A stretch of DNA of 64,000 nucleotides from Flavobacteriales bacterium (GTDB lineage Bacteria; Bacteroidota; Bacteroidia; Flavobacteriales_F; PHOS-HE28): positions 1,554,824-1,618,823 of the forward strand of contig JADJAA010000001.1 in NCBI GenBank assembly GCA_016704485.1, in the 5' to 3' direction. Made by a program: the position numbers and the translations under genes. The notes beneath the pieces were generated by a model, which saw nothing but the letters and a program-made list of their open reading frames with translations, searched no databases and was not told the origin of the DNA. Position 1 is the first letter of the stretch. Each line of letters begins with the position of its first letter. Shown here piece after piece: positions 54,240 through 64,000 of the stretch.

Positions 54240-55724
54240 CTAATGCGCTACGACCAAACGGCCAACAAGCAGCTCCTTAACGGTTCTCACTATCACTGTA
54301 TAATTTCCGTTTGAAAGGTCGCTAACATACAGCACGTGTTCACGCGCACCGGACATTATCTGCTCTTGGTGTGACATTTTCCCAGTGGCATCGATCACCT
54401 CTATGTGAATTGGACCTGCAAGTGGTGGTATTTGTACGCGCACCTGTTGGTCAGCGGGTACCGGGTAGATTAGAAGTAATTCGTTGTTCAGTTGGTACTC
54501 GGCAATTCCGACGGTGCTGCTTAATGTGTCCCATGTCAAGAATAGACGGGGCGGTACAGAACCCGAATACATATCCTTCGTCCCGAACGCCACGAAACCA
54601 TCATTGGTCACCAGCATGCTCGTTCCCCGGTCACGGAGCGAGTCGCCATAAACCCGTGACCAAATGGAATCGCCATTGGCCGCTACAGCAGTAACACAGA
54701 GTTGATTCATGTCCGGTGTCACAAAGCTTCCGCTTGTTCCAACGAGCAAGTACGTACCGTCCGACAAGGACAGCGCTTGTTGAAACCGGGTGGCATACTG
54801 GCGATCCCATAAGGTGGCACCAAGTGTATCCGTATGGATCAGTCGACTAGTTGAGTATTCGTTGCTCAGCGTCATCAACAGACCATTATCCACCGTAGTT
54901 ATAATGTCCACGACCGTTCTGATCGAGGAATCGGTTACCGTTACAAAACCCAGCGGAACTCCATCATCGTCCAGCTTTCCAAGTCTTACGTAGCTGTTAT
55001 TCTGGCCCACCGTGTCCAACGCTGTGGCCAGTAAATAACGCCCTGCCCGGTGACCCGCACTACCTATGCAGGCCCCAAAGAAAGGATCGGACTCCTGGAT
55101 CATAGCCATGTTAATGGTATTACCCTGTGTATCCAACGTGTAATTCTCGAACCACGTCGGTTGAATATAACCGACCACGATGTTCGGCTCTTGGGTATCC
55201 AGAGCAAGCAGGTGTATTTCCTGATCGTCCGTTTCCCATGCGTCGGCCAATATTCTGGCGCAGGGTAGGTCGTACACATGCCTCCAGAGAATAGTTCCTT
55301 GCTGATCGATCTTCATGGCGAAAACTTGGGGCATAGGGATGGTCGAGTACGCAAAACCACAATAGGTCCAATTCATGCTTGCCGTTCCGGCGATCAGGGT
55401 ATTCCCATCGAATAGATCAACAACATGTGAAATAGTGTAGGGCACCAACGAATCGATCCGTTGGGTCCACAGGGTATCGCCATTGGGCTGTGTTTTCAGT
55501 AAGTACGTAGCGAGGGGTGGGTCCTCGAAAGGAATCCCGCTTCCGGTTGTCCAACCACCATGAATACTGGCGCATAGCAATAAGTTCCCATCGCTGGTAC
55601 GGTGCATGGTATGCGCATAGACACGTCTTCCCGCGTATGGGTATTGATTACTCCAGTCGACCCATTGCGTGCTGGCTGAAATGAACAAAAGGCAACCCAG
55701 TCCAGCTAATACGATCCGTACCAT
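54240..55724 (-). CDS. T9SS C-terminal sorting domain-containing secreted beta-propeller-like protein
   Basis: 494 aa. Signal peptide MVRIVLAGLGCLLFISAST. The C-terminus ...LIYPVPADQQVRVQIP...GNYTVIVRT...GRLVVAH is typical of T9SS type A CTDs. Confidence 0.7.
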   Translation of the reverse strand: MVRIVLAGLGCLLFISASTQWVDWSNQYPYAGRRVYAHTMHRTSDGNLLLCASIHGGWTTGSGIPFEDPPLATYLLKTQPNGDTLWTQRIDSLVPYTISHVVDLFDGNTLIAGTASMNWTYCGFAYSTIPMPQVFAMKIDQQGTILWRHVYDLPCARILADAWETDDQEIHLLALDTQEPNIVVGYIQPTWFENYTLDTQGNTINMAMIQESDPFFGACIGSAGHRAGRYLLATALDTVGQNNSYVRLGKLDDDGVPLGFVTVTDSSIRTVVDIITTVDNGLLMTLSNEYSTSRLIHTDTLGATLWDRQYATRFQQALSLSDGTYLLVGTSGSFVTPDMNQLCVTAVAANGDSIWSRVYGDSLRDRGTSMLVTNDGFVAFGTKDMYSGSVPPRLFLTWDTLSSTVGIAEYQLNNELLLIYPVPADQQVRVQIPPLAGPIHIEVIDATGKMSHQEQIMSGAREHVLYVSDLSNGNYTVIVRTVKELLVGRLVVAH

Positions 55725-55899
55725 GTATTGTGTCCTTTACACGAATGTAGTCGCTTTATTGTAGTGCAAGATCACCGCGGCTATATTAACTCTATGCTAA
55801 GATCATGCACCCGGTTATTAAGGCTGGCGGCAACCCACCCCGTTGCAACGATACTCCTTGGTATCATAATCTCCAAATAATATCAACAGCAACAATCTC

Positions 55900-56727
55900 C
55901 TACCCACCCAACTCCAACACCTCATCCCCATCTCCCCAAACAGCCCCGCGAACTTCCATCTGCTCCAACCCAAGTAGTGGCAACAACGCCGTGAACTGTT
56001 CCGTAGCGCCACTTGTGTAAGCAACCAAGCCACCAACTTGCTTCGCGGGTGCGTTCAGGTCGCGCTGTTCAAGGATCCGGTCGACCTGTTTTGCAACGGC
56101 AGGTGCCGGGTCGATGATGCGGACACTAGGGCCAAGGATGCGTTCGATCAACGGGCGTACGAACGGGTAGTGCGTGCAGCCCAATACCAATGCGTCGATG
56201 TTCTTGGCCAGCATCGGTTCCAGCCAACCGCGCAGCATTTTTTCTGTATGATCGGTCTCTAACTCGCCGGCTTCTATTTGTTGCACCAGGCCGGGGCAAG
56301 GTTGGTGGATCACTTCAACATCCTTCGCAAAGCGACCGACCACACTGGCATAGACAGCGCTTTGGAAAGTGGCCGTGGTGGCGATAACGCCCACGACACC
56401 GCTGAGCGTTTGTTCCACGGCCGGTTTTACTGCTGGCTCCATGCCGACGAACGCGACGGTAGGGAAGTGTGCGCGCAAGTGGGCGAGTGCTGCGGCAGAA
56501 GCGGTGTTGCACGCTATCACAATGAGTTTGCAATCCGCTGCGATCAATACCCGGGTTATGGCGGTGCTGAATTGACGTACTTCCTCCAACGAACGCTGTC
56601 CGTAGGGAATGTGTACCGTATCCGCGAAATAGAGCAGGCGCTCCGTAGGGAGCGCCTGCTGCATTGCATTGGTCACTGTTAACCCACCGATCCCGCTGTC
56701 GAAGATACCGATGGGACGTGGGTCCAT
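55900..56727 (-). CDS. murI: Glutamate racemase
   Basis: The N-terminus is IGIFDSGIGGLTV. Also ...YFADTVHIPYG...IACNTASA...LGCTHYP. Confidence 0.85.
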   Translation of the reverse strand: MDPRPIGIFDSGIGGLTVTNAMQQALPTERLLYFADTVHIPYGQRSLEEVRQFSTAITRVLIAADCKLIVIACNTASAAALAHLRAHFPTVAFVGMEPAVKPAVEQTLSGVVGVIATTATFQSAVYASVVGRFAKDVEVIHQPCPGLVQQIEAGELETDHTEKMLRGWLEPMLAKNIDALVLGCTHYPFVRPLIERILGPSVRIIDPAPAVAKQVDRILEQRDLNAPAKQVGGLVAYTSGATEQFTALLPLLGLEQMEVRGAVWGDGDEVLELGG

Positions 56728-56731
56728 CTGA

Positions 56732-57247
56732 TCAAGGGATCTTCAATTCGGCTTTTACCAACGGTAGAATGTCCTCACCTTTATCGTAGTACAGGACAAA
56801 GCCCGTGCTTACATCGAAGATGTAGACGAAGTTGTTCGCTTCAGCTACTTTCTTGATCGCCGCGTTGGTCTCCGTTACCATAGGACGCAACAATTCCTCT
56901 TCCTGCTTGGCTAGGTCCTCCTGTGCTTTTTCCTGCGCTGCTTGGATGCGTTGCTCCAGATCTTGGATCTCCGTCACAACCATATCTTTTTGTGTCTGGG
57001 TCATGTCCGGGGCATCTTTTTGTGCATCGGCAACTTTTTGCTGGTACTCGGCACCCATCGCTTTCAAGCGATCATCCAAGGTCTTGGCAAAGTCCTGCAT
57101 TTTCGTTTCAGCTGCTTTGCGGCCAGGTAGCAAGAGCATCAATTGCTGGCGATCGATGTGACCGAGCTTCTGTGCGGTGGCCATCGGTACGGTGCTCAGC
57201 AATAAGCCGAGTGCGAGAAATACAGTTTTCATTGTTCGTTTGTTCAT
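56732..57247 (-). CDS. OmpH/Skp-family periplasmic chaperone
   Basis: 171 aa. Signal peptide, coiled-coil core, and the C-terminus FVYIFDVSTGFVLYYDKGEDI. It lies upstream of murI as in many Bacteroidota. Confidence 0.75.
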   Translation of the reverse strand: MNKRTMKTVFLALGLLLSTVPMATAQKLGHIDRQQLMLLLPGRKAAETKMQDFAKTLDDRLKAMGAEYQQKVADAQKDAPDMTQTQKDMVVTEIQDLEQRIQAAQEKAQEDLAKQEEELLRPMVTETNAAIKKVAEANNFVYIFDVSTGFVLYYDKGEDILPLVKAELKIP

Positions 57248-57897
57248 CGTGGTTTTACTTCGTCCTTGCCGCCTCTAGGGTCAATTCCGCCCTTTCCGGG
57301 ATCAGGCTTTTCTTCTTCCGGCGGGTCTTCGCCGAATTTCTCATCGTCGTTCGCGCCATCGGTCCCTTCCTTTCCCGGACGGATACCAAGCTTGCGCAGA
57401 ACAGTATCGCTCTTATCGTATTTCTCACTGGCGAACAACAGATTGCTGCTGCTTCCGCCCAGGTCGAACACAGCGATATAGCTGGTTCCTGCTATTTCCT
57501 TGATCGCATCGTATACGCGGTCCTGGATCGGCTTGATGAGTTCTTCGCGCTTCTTGAAGAGATCACCACCAGGGCCGAATCTGCGTTTCTGCAGGTCACG
57601 TGCTTCGCGTTCGCGACGATCGATCTCCTCCATGCGACTGCGCTTCATCTCTTCCGTAAGGAGGATCGCTTCCGCATTGTACGACTCACGCATCCGTTTG
57701 ATCCCCAGATGCCGTTCATCGATCTCCTCCTGCCACTGCGCACTCGAGCGATCGAGCTCTTTCTGTGCCGTACTGTATTCCGGCATATTATCCATGATGT
57801 ACTTGGTGTTCACGAATGCGATCCGTTGTGCATCCATCTTTGGGGCGAATGCAAAAGCAGCTAGCAGAGCGATCGTATATATGAGGTTGTTCTTCAT
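57244..57897 (-). CDS. OmpH/Skp-family periplasmic chaperone (second copy, extended acidic/Pro-rich tail)
   Basis: 217 aa. Signal peptide MKNNLIYTIALLAAFAFAPKMDAQ. RIAFVNTKYIM...YIAVFDLGG. It overlaps the downstream skp-like gene by 4 nt. Confidence 0.75.
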   Translation of the reverse strand: MKNNLIYTIALLAAFAFAPKMDAQRIAFVNTKYIMDNMPEYSTAQKELDRSSAQWQEEIDERHLGIKRMRESYNAEAILLTEEMKRSRMEEIDRREREARDLQKRRFGPGGDLFKKREELIKPIQDRVYDAIKEIAGTSYIAVFDLGGSSSNLLFASEKYDKSDTVLRKLGIRPGKEGTDGANDDEKFGEDPPEEEKPDPGKGGIDPRGGKDEVKPR

Positions 57898-57926
57898 GCG
57901 GAGCCGTCGAAAATAGGTGATCCGGT

Positions 57927-60467
57927 CTATAACTCGCCAAGATCTATGCCGATCGTGAAATGGAACTGACTTTTGGCCATGCTCGGAAGATTCGGTACAT
58001 CATCCAAACGCCACCCGTAATCCAAGCCCATGGGGCCGAACATCGGGAGGTTCAATCGCAATCCTATACCAGCTGAACGGTATAGTTTGAAGGGGTCGAA
58101 ATCATTGAAACTGCCGTAGCTGTTACCGGCTTCCAGGAACGCAAGGGTGAAAATGGTGGCCGATGGGTTCAAGGAGATCGGGTAGCGCAATTCCGCGGTG
58201 TATTTGGCCACTACGAAATTCCCGGTGTTCGGTGCGAGCGAGAAATCATCATAGCCGCGTAAGCCCAATATCTCACGACCATCCAACTGGAAGCCCGTTA
58301 ACGCACTTCCACCCAAATAGAACCGCTCGAACGGCGAATCGCCCAACGAACTGTTGTACCTTCCCAAGAAGCCGAATCCGGCACGGGTCATCAACACCAA
58401 ACTGCGACCGCTTTTCGGGTTGGTGAGCTTATTGAACCACTGCGTACTGAATTTCCATTTGTGGAACTCCGCCCATTCGTAACGCTGCTCCGGTTCCAGA
58501 TCCGCCCAATCGCGCTCCGGTTGGAAGAGCGAATAGGGTGGGGTGGCCTTCACGGATATCGTGGTGTTCGATCCTGTTCTGGAGAAGAACGGTTGGTCGA
58601 TGGAGCTACGCGATAACTGGAGCGTGTAGGAAAGCACATTGCTGACACCGTTCGTGAACGAGAAGACCACGGCTCCGCTCGAATAGTTCTTCAGATCGTA
58701 CAATTGATAGCCCAAGGTCTGGCGGAGGATGAAATAGTTGTCCGGCCACTGCAGACGCTTGCCGATGCCTAGGGTTACACCTGTAATGATCAAGGATTGG
58801 CGCAATGGGTTTGCTATGCGGCCATCTTCGGTGTCTATGAACCTGTTCTCGCCATTGGTCTGTACACTGCGATACGCGGATATGCTGAGCGCATTCGGTT
58901 TCCGGCCACCCAACCAAGGTTCCACGAAGGATAAGCTGTACGATTGGAAGAACCGTCCGTTGGTCTGTGCTCTAAGGTTCAACGTCTGGCCATCTCCGCT
59001 AGGCAAAGGTGTCCATGCCGAACCTTTGAACAGATTCCGCATGCTGAAGTTGGTGAACGATAGGCCCAATGAGAGCACTACGCGCCCTGCGCCCCAACCA
59101 CCGCTCAATTCCAATCGGTCACTTGGTTTTTCCTCTACGGTGTACTCCAGATCCACGGTGCCGGTACGTGCATCCTGGATCGGATTCACACCCATAGATT
59201 CCGGATTGAAGTAACCCAAGGTGGAGAGCTCCCGCTGTGTACGGATCACATCACTGCGGTTGAACAATTGTCCCGGCTTTGTGTAGATCTCTCTGCGGAT
59301 CACATGTTCCGTGGTCTTCGTATTGCCTTTTATGATCACGTTCCGGATGCGGTATTGTTTGCCCTCGCGGATCCGGATATCGATATCGATGCTATCGCCA
59401 GGTACAAGTAGCTCAATGGGGTCCGGATAGAACGCCAGGTAACCATCATCCATGTACAACGAGCTGATGTCGCGGCCTGCTTGGTTCATGTACAATCTGC
59501 TGTCCAGCAATTTCTTGTTGTAGATATCGCCTTTGTTGATGTTCATGATCTCCGCCAACTGCGCATCCGAGTGCTTGCTGTTGCCGGTGTAGGTGATGTT
59601 GCGGAAACGGAATTCAGGACCTTCATCCATGGCGATCTCCACCCTTACCCGTTTCTCCCTCACGAAATACATGGTATCCGACACGATGGCCGCGTTGCGA
59701 TAGCCTTTTTCATTGTACAGGTCCAACACGCTGTTCTTGTCGTTCCTGTACTCGCTCCATAGGAATTTGCTGCTGCCGAAGAAATTCCACCAGCGCTTCT
59801 GGCGGGTCTTCTTCATCGCCTTGCGCAGCTTTCTCGATTTGATATTGTTGTTCCCGGTGAACACCACATCCTTGATCTTCACTTTCTTGTTCTTCTCCAC
59901 CTCAAGGATCAACAGTACACTATTCTCCGGTGCGGTCTTTACCGTGTCATTGATCTGGATGATGTTCACGCTGGCCTTCAGGAATCCTTTATCGATGTAA
60001 TAGCGTTCGATCGCATTCGAGGCATTGGCGATCAGGGCATCATTCACTTGTTGCCCGCGGACCAATTGGATCTCTTCGCGCAATTTATCAGCTTCGCTCT
60101 TGTTCGGGCCCTTGAACTTGAAACGCGATAGGCGAGGCTTTTCGACCACAATGATGTTCAGGAAGATGACTCGCCCACGGATCTCCGCTGCATCGATGCG
60201 GACATCGCTGAACAACTGCTGGTCCCACAATTGGCGGATCGCGTTGGTGATCCGTTCGCCGGGCACCGTGACCTTATCACCTACTTGCAGCCCTGTGAAC
60301 AGTTTTACGGCGTTAGGATCCGTAGTAACGGTGCCGCTAACGGTGATCCCACCGATCTCATATTCCGATGCATGCGCCGGATCCATGGTAGGCCCGCTGG
60401 TCTGTGCGAAAGCTGAACCGCCGATGAACACTAGAAGAAGTACGATATACCAACGCATTGCTTTCAA
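57927..60467 (-). CDS. bamA: Outer membrane protein assembly factor BamA (POTRA repeats + Omp85 beta-barrel)
   Basis: 846 aa. Signal peptide, five POTRA-like repeats, and a C-terminal barrel ending ...QFHFTIGIDLGEL. Conserved position upstream of the skp genes. Confidence 0.85.
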   Translation of the reverse strand: MKAMRWYIVLLLVFIGGSAFAQTSGPTMDPAHASEYEIGGITVSGTVTTDPNAVKLFTGLQVGDKVTVPGERITNAIRQLWDQQLFSDVRIDAAEIRGRVIFLNIIVVEKPRLSRFKFKGPNKSEADKLREEIQLVRGQQVNDALIANASNAIERYYIDKGFLKASVNIIQINDTVKTAPENSVLLILEVEKNKKVKIKDVVFTGNNNIKSRKLRKAMKKTRQKRWWNFFGSSKFLWSEYRNDKNSVLDLYNEKGYRNAAIVSDTMYFVREKRVRVEIAMDEGPEFRFRNITYTGNSKHSDAQLAEIMNINKGDIYNKKLLDSRLYMNQAGRDISSLYMDDGYLAFYPDPIELLVPGDSIDIDIRIREGKQYRIRNVIIKGNTKTTEHVIRREIYTKPGQLFNRSDVIRTQRELSTLGYFNPESMGVNPIQDARTGTVDLEYTVEEKPSDRLELSGGWGAGRVVLSLGLSFTNFSMRNLFKGSAWTPLPSGDGQTLNLRAQTNGRFFQSYSLSFVEPWLGGRKPNALSISAYRSVQTNGENRFIDTEDGRIANPLRQSLIITGVTLGIGKRLQWPDNYFILRQTLGYQLYDLKNYSSGAVVFSFTNGVSNVLSYTLQLSRSSIDQPFFSRTGSNTTISVKATPPYSLFQPERDWADLEPEQRYEWAEFHKWKFSTQWFNKLTNPKSGRSLVLMTRAGFGFLGRYNSSLGDSPFERFYLGGSALTGFQLDGREILGLRGYDDFSLAPNTGNFVVAKYTAELRYPISLNPSATIFTLAFLEAGNSYGSFNDFDPFKLYRSAGIGLRLNLPMFGPMGLDYGWRLDDVPNLPSMAKSQFHFTIGIDLGEL

Positions 60468-61219
60468 CCCGGGGTCACTTGTTCACTGATAAGGCCGAAG
60501 CGACGCTCACGGTTCTGATAATCGAGTATGGCACTGTAGAGATGCTCTTTCTTGAAATCCGGCCACAGTACAGGCGTGAACCAGAGTTCCGCATAGGCGA
60601 TCTGCCACAGCAGGAAATTGCTGATCCGTTGCTCTCCACTGGTGCGGATCAATAGTTCCGGATCGGGGATACCGGCGGTGGTGAGTTCGTTGCCGATCAT
60701 TTGCTCATCGATCTCTTCCGGATCGATCTCGCCGTTCTTGGCAGCCCTTGCAAGGTTGCGGGCCATGCGCAGGATCTCCCAACGTGAACTGTAGCTCAGG
60801 GCCAGTACCAAGGTTATCCGATCGTTCTTGGCGGTATTGTCGATCGCATTGCGCAGGGTATCCCGGCATGTAGCAGGAAGGCTTTCAACATCGCCGATCG
60901 CTTGCAGCCGAACGCCGTTCTTGTTCAATTCCTCCAGCTCACCCGCTATGGTCTGCACCAAGAGGTCCATCAATGCAGCGACTTCATTCGCTGGTCGGTT
61001 CCAGTTCTCCGTGCTGAATGCGTAGAGCGTTAAGTATTCCACGCCCACCTCCGTAGCAGCAACCAAGGCTTCGCGTACACTGCGTACACCGGTGGCGTGG
61101 CCCACTACGCGGTGCTCGCCGTTCGCCTTGGCCCAACGCCCATTGCCATCCATAATGATAGCAATATGCTTCGGCACCTTGGTGGTGTCGATGCGGCCAA
61201 GTATTTCTTCGGTGGTCAA
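60464..61219 (-). CDS. uppS: Isoprenyl transferase (undecaprenyl diphosphate synthase)
   Basis: HIAIIMDGNGRWAK...LTLYAFSTENWNRP...ALSYSSRWEI. The motifs are canonical. Confidence 0.9.
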   Translation of the reverse strand: MTTEEILGRIDTTKVPKHIAIIMDGNGRWAKANGEHRVVGHATGVRSVREALVAATEVGVEYLTLYAFSTENWNRPANEVAALMDLLVQTIAGELEELNKNGVRLQAIGDVESLPATCRDTLRNAIDNTAKNDRITLVLALSYSSRWEILRMARNLARAAKNGEIDPEEIDEQMIGNELTTAGIPDPELLIRTSGEQRISNFLLWQIAYAELWFTPVLWPDFKKEHLYSAILDYQNRERRFGLISEQVTPG

Positions 61220-61262
61220 GGGCGTATTAAAATGGGGTGCAAAGGTCGCGAAATTCGCGGTA

Positions 61263-62105
61263 TCAATTTCTTCGACGCATCCAGTTGTACTGTTCGTCGC
61301 AATCGGAGAATCTGCTCAGGATGTAAGTGATCGAAAATCCGGTGTACTGGTACCAATCGCGTGTGTTCGTATCGCCCCGTGCACGGCCTGCATTGGAGAT
61401 GCCCGCCTGGGGCAGTCCACTGCGGTCCGCGTAGATCGCAGCGATGGGTCCGTTCTCGAACTCTAGCAATCCATTATCCACGTATTTCCCGCTCACATCG
61501 TCGATATAATCCGTCCAGGTGCGACGTAGTCCCCATTCCAACTGGAAGTCGAACCGGCCCACATTGGCCTTCAACCCGGCACCGAACGGAATGGCGATCT
61601 GATCGATCTTGTAGATGTCCCTATCTGCTACCGTTGTGCCTTGGCCCTCTGTTCCTAATGGTTGTAACCGGATCCAGGTATCACCCAGTTGCGCTTGCGG
61701 GTCGGCCCTGAAATAAGCAAGCCCACCAAAAATGAACGGTGTCCAGAATTTGCCTTCTTTGCCTTTGTCGCGGTATTTGAAGAAATTGATCTCAAATAGA
61801 ACGGCAGCCTCGAACAAGCGGGAACGGAAGCTCAGGTTGCGTAGCTGTTGTAGGCTATCCGGACTATTGCTGTCCGAAGCCTGTAAAGTTCCGTAAAGCC
61901 CTTGAAGGCGAATGGCATAGCGATCGTTGATGTTATGCCGGAACACAATGCCGACCGCTGGTTTAGTGCCTTTTGGATAGTGCCGCGTAGGATTCAGGTC
62001 ACCGATGTAGTACATAAGGCCACCGGTGATGCCGATCTCATTCACTTGGGCGTGAACCTGTATCAGCGAGCCGATCACAATGAGTAGGCAGATCTTGCGT
62101 AGCAT
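61263..62105 (-). CDS. DUF6089-family outer-membrane beta-barrel protein
   Basis: ORF 61263..62210(-). The internal start at 62105 gives signal peptide MLRKICLLIVIGSLIQVHAQ. It occupies the conserved position between uppS and nadK in Bacteroidota. Confidence 0.6.
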   Translation of the reverse strand: MLRKICLLIVIGSLIQVHAQVNEIGITGGLMYYIGDLNPTRHYPKGTKPAVGIVFRHNINDRYAIRLQGLYGTLQASDSNSPDSLQQLRNLSFRSRLFEAAVLFEINFFKYRDKGKEGKFWTPFIFGGLAYFRADPQAQLGDTWIRLQPLGTEGQGTTVADRDIYKIDQIAIPFGAGLKANVGRFDFQLEWGLRRTWTDYIDDVSGKYVDNGLLEFENGPIAAIYADRSGLPQAGISNAGRARGDTNTRDWYQYTGFSITYILSRFSDCDEQYNWMRRRN

Positions 62106-62206
62106 CCCGGTACCAACGTTCGTAGCCCGGAATTGGTATGTCCTAGCTAGCGAGCGCGAAGGTAATCTGGATCCGCAACCTCTGAGTCCTTCTACTGACC
62201 TACATA

Positions 62207-63109
62207 TCAACGTTTAGCGTTCTTTTCCACTTTCGGACTCCGGATATCCAAGCCCCAATTGAGCTTTGCCCGTAACGTGGGTAGGAATTCCCCTTCTTCG
62301 ATCTGGATCATCTTTACCACAAAATCGGCCTTGCGCACGGTGACCATGCTTTGTCCGTGGATCGCATGGCTGCGCGAATCGAGATTCAATAGGCACTTGG
62401 CCGAACGCGCCTCCAGTTGAAGGTGGAGCGTTAAATGATTGGGGACCACAAAGGGCCGCACATTGAGGTTATGCGGACTGATGGGTGTGATGATCAGCGC
62501 ATTGTTCGATGGGTCCAGCACAGGGCCGCCACAACTGAGTGAATAGGCGGTGGATCCAGTGGGTGTGGCAATGATCAATCCATCGGCCCAATACGTGTTC
62601 AGGTAGGTCTCGCCCAAGTGTACATGCACGGCAAGCATGCTCGCACTGTCCCGTTTGTGAAGGGTTACCTCGTTCAGCGCGAAATTCTGCGTGCTCAGTA
62701 TATCCGCATGGTTCGTAACTTCTACCAACGAGCGGTCCAATATGGTGTGCTTGCCTTGTTTGATCACCGCGAGTGCTTCGTCCACTTCCTCTAAGCGAAC
62801 ATTGGATAAGAAGCCCAACCGGCCCAAGTTGATCCCTACTACGGGTACTTCGGATCGGCCTACCATGGCCACGGTATCCAGCAAGCTGCCATCGCCACCA
62901 AGGCTGATCATCATATCCAACCCCTGTGCCTCGAGCGGCGCTTCAGTGAGGACCTTCCACGGAATTGATCCCGCAGTCTCATTGAGCCAAGTGGCCATAT
63001 CGGGAGTCAATGCCAACTCAAGCCCAGCTGCATGGATCTGTTCCAATACACGGATAACAGCAGGTGTGCCGCTAATATCCTTTGCTCTACCATTTACACC
63101 TACGCGCAT
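62207..63109 (-). CDS. nadK: NAD kinase
   Basis: 300 aa. Motifs GGDGSLL, NEVTLH and DGLIIATPTGSTAYSLSCGGP. Confidence 0.85.
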   Translation of the reverse strand: MRVGVNGRAKDISGTPAVIRVLEQIHAAGLELALTPDMATWLNETAGSIPWKVLTEAPLEAQGLDMMISLGGDGSLLDTVAMVGRSEVPVVGINLGRLGFLSNVRLEEVDEALAVIKQGKHTILDRSLVEVTNHADILSTQNFALNEVTLHKRDSASMLAVHVHLGETYLNTYWADGLIIATPTGSTAYSLSCGGPVLDPSNNALIITPISPHNLNVRPFVVPNHLTLHLQLEARSAKCLLNLDSRSHAIHGQSMVTVRKADFVVKMIQIEEGEFLPTLRAKLNWGLDIRSPKVEKNAKR

Positions 63110-63211
63110 CCGTTGGTCGTTGGGTTCCGTCCAAAGATATTGCAGTTGGGTGTATTCCCATTTCGCGTGTTGCGAACATGCTTACATCCAAGAATAAGTT
63201 CAAGGTGCGTG

Positions 63212-64000
63212 CTAGAATGGATGCGTAAAATGCAAAAAGAAACCGCTCTCGCCCAAGGCATTGAAGGTGTATTCCAACCGTGCTACCTGATCATAACTGG
63301 TAACTAGGTCCAGACCAAGGCCATAGCCGGACATGGGTGAATTCGCCAGAAAGTTCTGATCGGCATAGCGGCTATCCCATACGTAACCCGCATCCACGAA
63401 TGCATCCAAGTACAACGCGAAATACACGGTGCGGAAACTCTCAATGGGAATGAACTCCACCCGGAAGGTCTTCGGTTTGAACAACGCGAACAGGAAGTTG
63501 GCCTTGCCCAATGCATAATGATCACCGTCGATCACATAGTACTCATAGCCTCGCACTGAATTGCGGTATCCCAATCCTTGTTGCACATAATAAGGCTGCC
63601 TACCGAAGGTGCGTTTGCCGCGTGCGCCCAGAGCGAAGGTGAAGCGTTCGTTCAATTTGAACCAACGGGTAGCTTCCAGGTAGGCCGTGGTAACTTCCGG
63701 TGCATTCTTGTCCAATAGCCCTAATCCGTAACGGTCCAGTCTTAGCTCAGCAAAATGACCTTTCGTCGGGAACGATCGGAGGTTCCGTTTATCCCAGGTC
63801 ACGGAATAAGTGAGGCTCAGGTAACGGGTGGTGTTGGAGTTGCCGTTGAAATAATCCTCAGCCACGTGTACGATCGTATCCGCCACTTCGGCCTGTGTGA
63901 AGCCCAATCGCCAGCTATGTCGGAAATCATGGGTCTTGCGCAAGGTTGCGCCGATGTCGGCGCTCCACACATCCCTGTTGCTCCCATCCGGGTTCCGGAT
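63212..64000 (-). CDS. Omp85/bacterial surface antigen (D15)-family outer membrane protein, C-terminal part (N-terminus beyond window end)
   Basis: The C-terminal beta-barrel ends ...ESGFFLHFTHPF. The ORF remains open through position 64000. Confidence 0.55.
   Translation of the reverse strand: MRNPDGSNRDVWSADIGATLRKTHDFRHSWRLGFTQAEVADTIVHVAEDYFNGNSNTTRYLSLTYSVTWDKRNLRSFPTKGHFAELRLDRYGLGLLDKNAPEVTTAYLEATRWFKLNERFTFALGARGKRTFGRQPYYVQQGLGYRNSVRGYEYYVIDGDHYALGKANFLFALFKPKTFRVEFIPIESFRTVYFALYLDAFVDAGYVWDSRYADQNFLANSPMSGYGLGLDLVTSYDQVARLEYTFNALGESGFFLHFTHPF

Overview
Bacteroidota-type chromosomal segment. The basis is T9SS C-terminal sorting domains, delta-60 repeat proteins, and a conserved murI-skp-skp-bamA-uppS-DUF6089-nadK block, with no Shine-Dalgarno dependence evident. 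No tRNA, rRNA or CRISPR array was recognised.

The first ~43 kb is a dense defense / DNA-processing island, read from the sequence as follows:
- 1.8-3.3 kb: a DUF2779-like nuclease.
- 5.7-6.6 kb: a DinD homolog.
- 6.9-10.2 kb: a RecQ-like helicase fused to a ComFC-type phosphoribosyltransferase domain, translationally coupled to a DprA/Smf-like protein.
- 10.7-15.5 kb: a 1610-aa DEDD exonuclease + RecQ (SF2) + UvrD (SF1) triple fusion.
- 15.7-17.5 kb: a GmrSD-like DUF262/DUF1524 type IV restriction enzyme.
- 17.6-27.0 kb: a Type I RM system whose hsdR is separated from hsdM-hsdS by a 3.2 kb insertion. The insertion carries a frameshifted 7TMR-DISM adenylate cyclase and a small gene flanked by direct repeats.
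- 27.0-33.4 kb, immediately upstream and co-oriented with hsdMS: a previously unrecognised-looking module. It comprises a WYL regulator, a B12-binding radical SAM enzyme, a degenerate (probably inactive) HsdM-like MTase + TRD fused to a HisKA/HATPase histidine kinase, and a REC-domain protein with an unknown ~280-aa effector domain.
- 33.5-34.8 kb: two unusual tandem arrays of 22-bp and 21-bp units built on 10-bp palindromes, which are not CRISPR.
- 35.5-40.6 kb: a Septu-like operon made of a membrane amidohydrolase, an HNH + AAA15 ATPase fusion, and an HNH protein.
- 40.8-43.4 kb: a papain-like peptidase and an SH3-CHAP peptidoglycan hydrolase.

The remainder (44-64 kb) is ordinary: a NarL-type two-component system, duplicated lipoprotein genes, csbD, an IS1182-family insertion sequence, a DJ-1/PfpI protein, and the conserved murI-skp-skp-bamA-uppS-nadK housekeeping block.
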